From assembly GCA_965235115.1 (NCBI GenBank), contig OZ249436.1:620001-684000 (forward strand): a DNA stretch of 64,000 nucleotides, read 5' to 3'. The translations under genes were made by a program, and so were the position numbers. Positions within the stretch are counted from its first letter, which is position 1. Every line of letters begins with the position of its first letter. The DNA is from Laetmonice hystrix (Eukaryota). A model generated the notes under the pieces. The model had not been told where the DNA came from. It was given only the letters and a program-made list of their open reading frames with translations, and searched no databases. Below are positions 62,750-64,000 of this stretch, piece after piece.

Positions 62750-63110
62750 GATTGTAGACCAGTCTTACTAACACCAGCTCGCGATTGTAGACCAGTCTTA
62801 CTAACACCAGCTCGCGATTGTAGACCAGTCTTACTAACACCAGCTCGCGATTGTAGACCAGTCTTACTAACACCAGCTCGCGATTGTAGACCAGTCTTAC
62901 TAACACCAGCTCGCGATTGTAGACCAGTCTTACTAACACCAGCTCGCGATTGTAGACCAGTCTTACTAACACCAGCTCGCGATTGTAGACCAGTCTTACT
63001 AACACCAGCTCGCGATTGTAGACCAGTCTTACTAACACCAGCTCGCGATTGTAGACCAGTCTTACTAACACCAGCTCGTGATTGTAGACCAGTCTTACTA
63101 ACACCAGCTC
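62750..63110. repeat. 33-bp minisatellite, 11 copies (downstream of the PDAP1 stop, possibly 3' UTR)
   Basis: GATTGTAGACCAGTCTTACTAACACCAGCTCGC repeated. Confidence 0.95.
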
Positions 63111-63426
63111 TATGTACTCAGACAGGCAATGTATCAAGGTTTCATTCGACTGTCATATAAGACGTGTTAGTAAGATAGGTCCCAGGTCGACAAGGCTTTT
63201 CCTCAATCCCCCGAGATTTCTCTTTTAAATACAGACAGGCATCCAAGAACATCCACTGACACTGCGTTAATATCCAACTGGATCCAGGAATGAAAAAACG
63301 CTTGGACGTGGCCCGAGGTCTCGGCTGGCGACTGTGTCCGATAGTCTCACACAAAGTGAGGCAGCTCCAAGCTTGGCCAGTGTCTCCACAGATGCACTAT
63401 TGAAATTTGGTTAGACCGCTCACAAA

Positions 63427-64000
63427 TTACTTTCTAGAAGCAGATTTCTTTTTATCCAGAAGCTTCTTTTCTGCAGCATCCTTGGCAGTTTCTTTAACTG
63501 CAAAGATCAATGAAAAGGACTTTGTGAAATAACATACATGAGTGTCTATGAAAAAACAGATTACAAGAATACAGATTTAACTTTCACCTGACTTGATTTC
63601 ATTCAACGACATTTGATTTTCTTTAATTCAATAACATTTCTACATAGATGAAACCAGCATTTTATGCCTCTGACCTCCATAAATACCCGAGATCATATAT
63701 TGCTGTTAGAAATTAGGGTTTGGTTTCTTAATTGTCATTCTTAAAATTGTACAAAGTGTACAAACAGGAACATAAATCTGACACAGTTTTGAGGCAAAAA
63801 TTCTGAAACTGAAGTGAAATTTGATTCAAGATAACTTGATTTGCACAAAGAATAATATTGAGGAAAACTTGATTGACACTCACGTTGAAGCTCCTCTTGC
63901 CTTTTCTTCTGCTGTTCCTCCCTTTGTTTCTTGATGATGGCTAAACGAGCTAAATCAGCACGAGCCTCATCCGTCTTTCCTGCCAGGTGCATCTTGCGAT
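63427..64000 (-). CDS. PDAP1: 28-kDa heat- and acid-stable phosphoprotein (PDGFA-associated protein 1), last two coding exons; 5' part lies outside the window
   Basis: Exon >64000-63884 encodes [38 protein letters not shown], matching the PDAP1 signature [26 protein letters not shown]. Donor C|GTGAGT, acceptor TTTGCAG, final exon 63497-63427 ([23 protein letters not shown]), phase 1 consistent. Confidence 0.93.

Noticed and set aside
62654..63160. 168-aa and 138-aa repeat ORFs
   Set aside because: A 33-bp satellite with a unit length divisible by three, downstream of the PDAP1 stop.

Overview
Eukaryotic (bilaterian invertebrate, probably lophotrochozoan; taxon is inference) genomic DNA, dense in unrelated minisatellites and small non-autonomous transposons. 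Four protein-coding loci can be reconstructed by hand. (1) An uncharacterised 142-aa ORF (4194-4622, -), possibly with upstream exons. (2) A complete 7-exon CPSF4/CPSF30 gene (-, 295 aa, 5 CCCH + 2 CCHC). (3) A divergent 12-exon alpha-arrestin-domain gene (+, about 370 aa), head-to-head with CPSF4 and almost invisible in the ORF track. (4) The last two coding exons of PDAP1 (-). The most striking feature is at 1095-3043: about 5.8 apparently identical, circularly permuted head-to-tail copies of a 334-nt unit. The unit carries Pol III A/B boxes and a T6 terminator and, read as a circle, can be paired by eye into a near full-length G-U-rich rod. This makes it a candidate endogenised viroid-like or retrozyme-like circular RNA, with no recognisable ribozyme. 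A second recurring theme is minisatellites that amplify splice sites: 43 tandem 5' donors in the arrestin gene, tandem acceptors in CPSF4, and an array across the arrestin stop/donor. Nearly all long ORFs in the supplied track are translation artefacts of tandem repeats. All structure and splice calls were made by eye and need computational and RNA confirmation.
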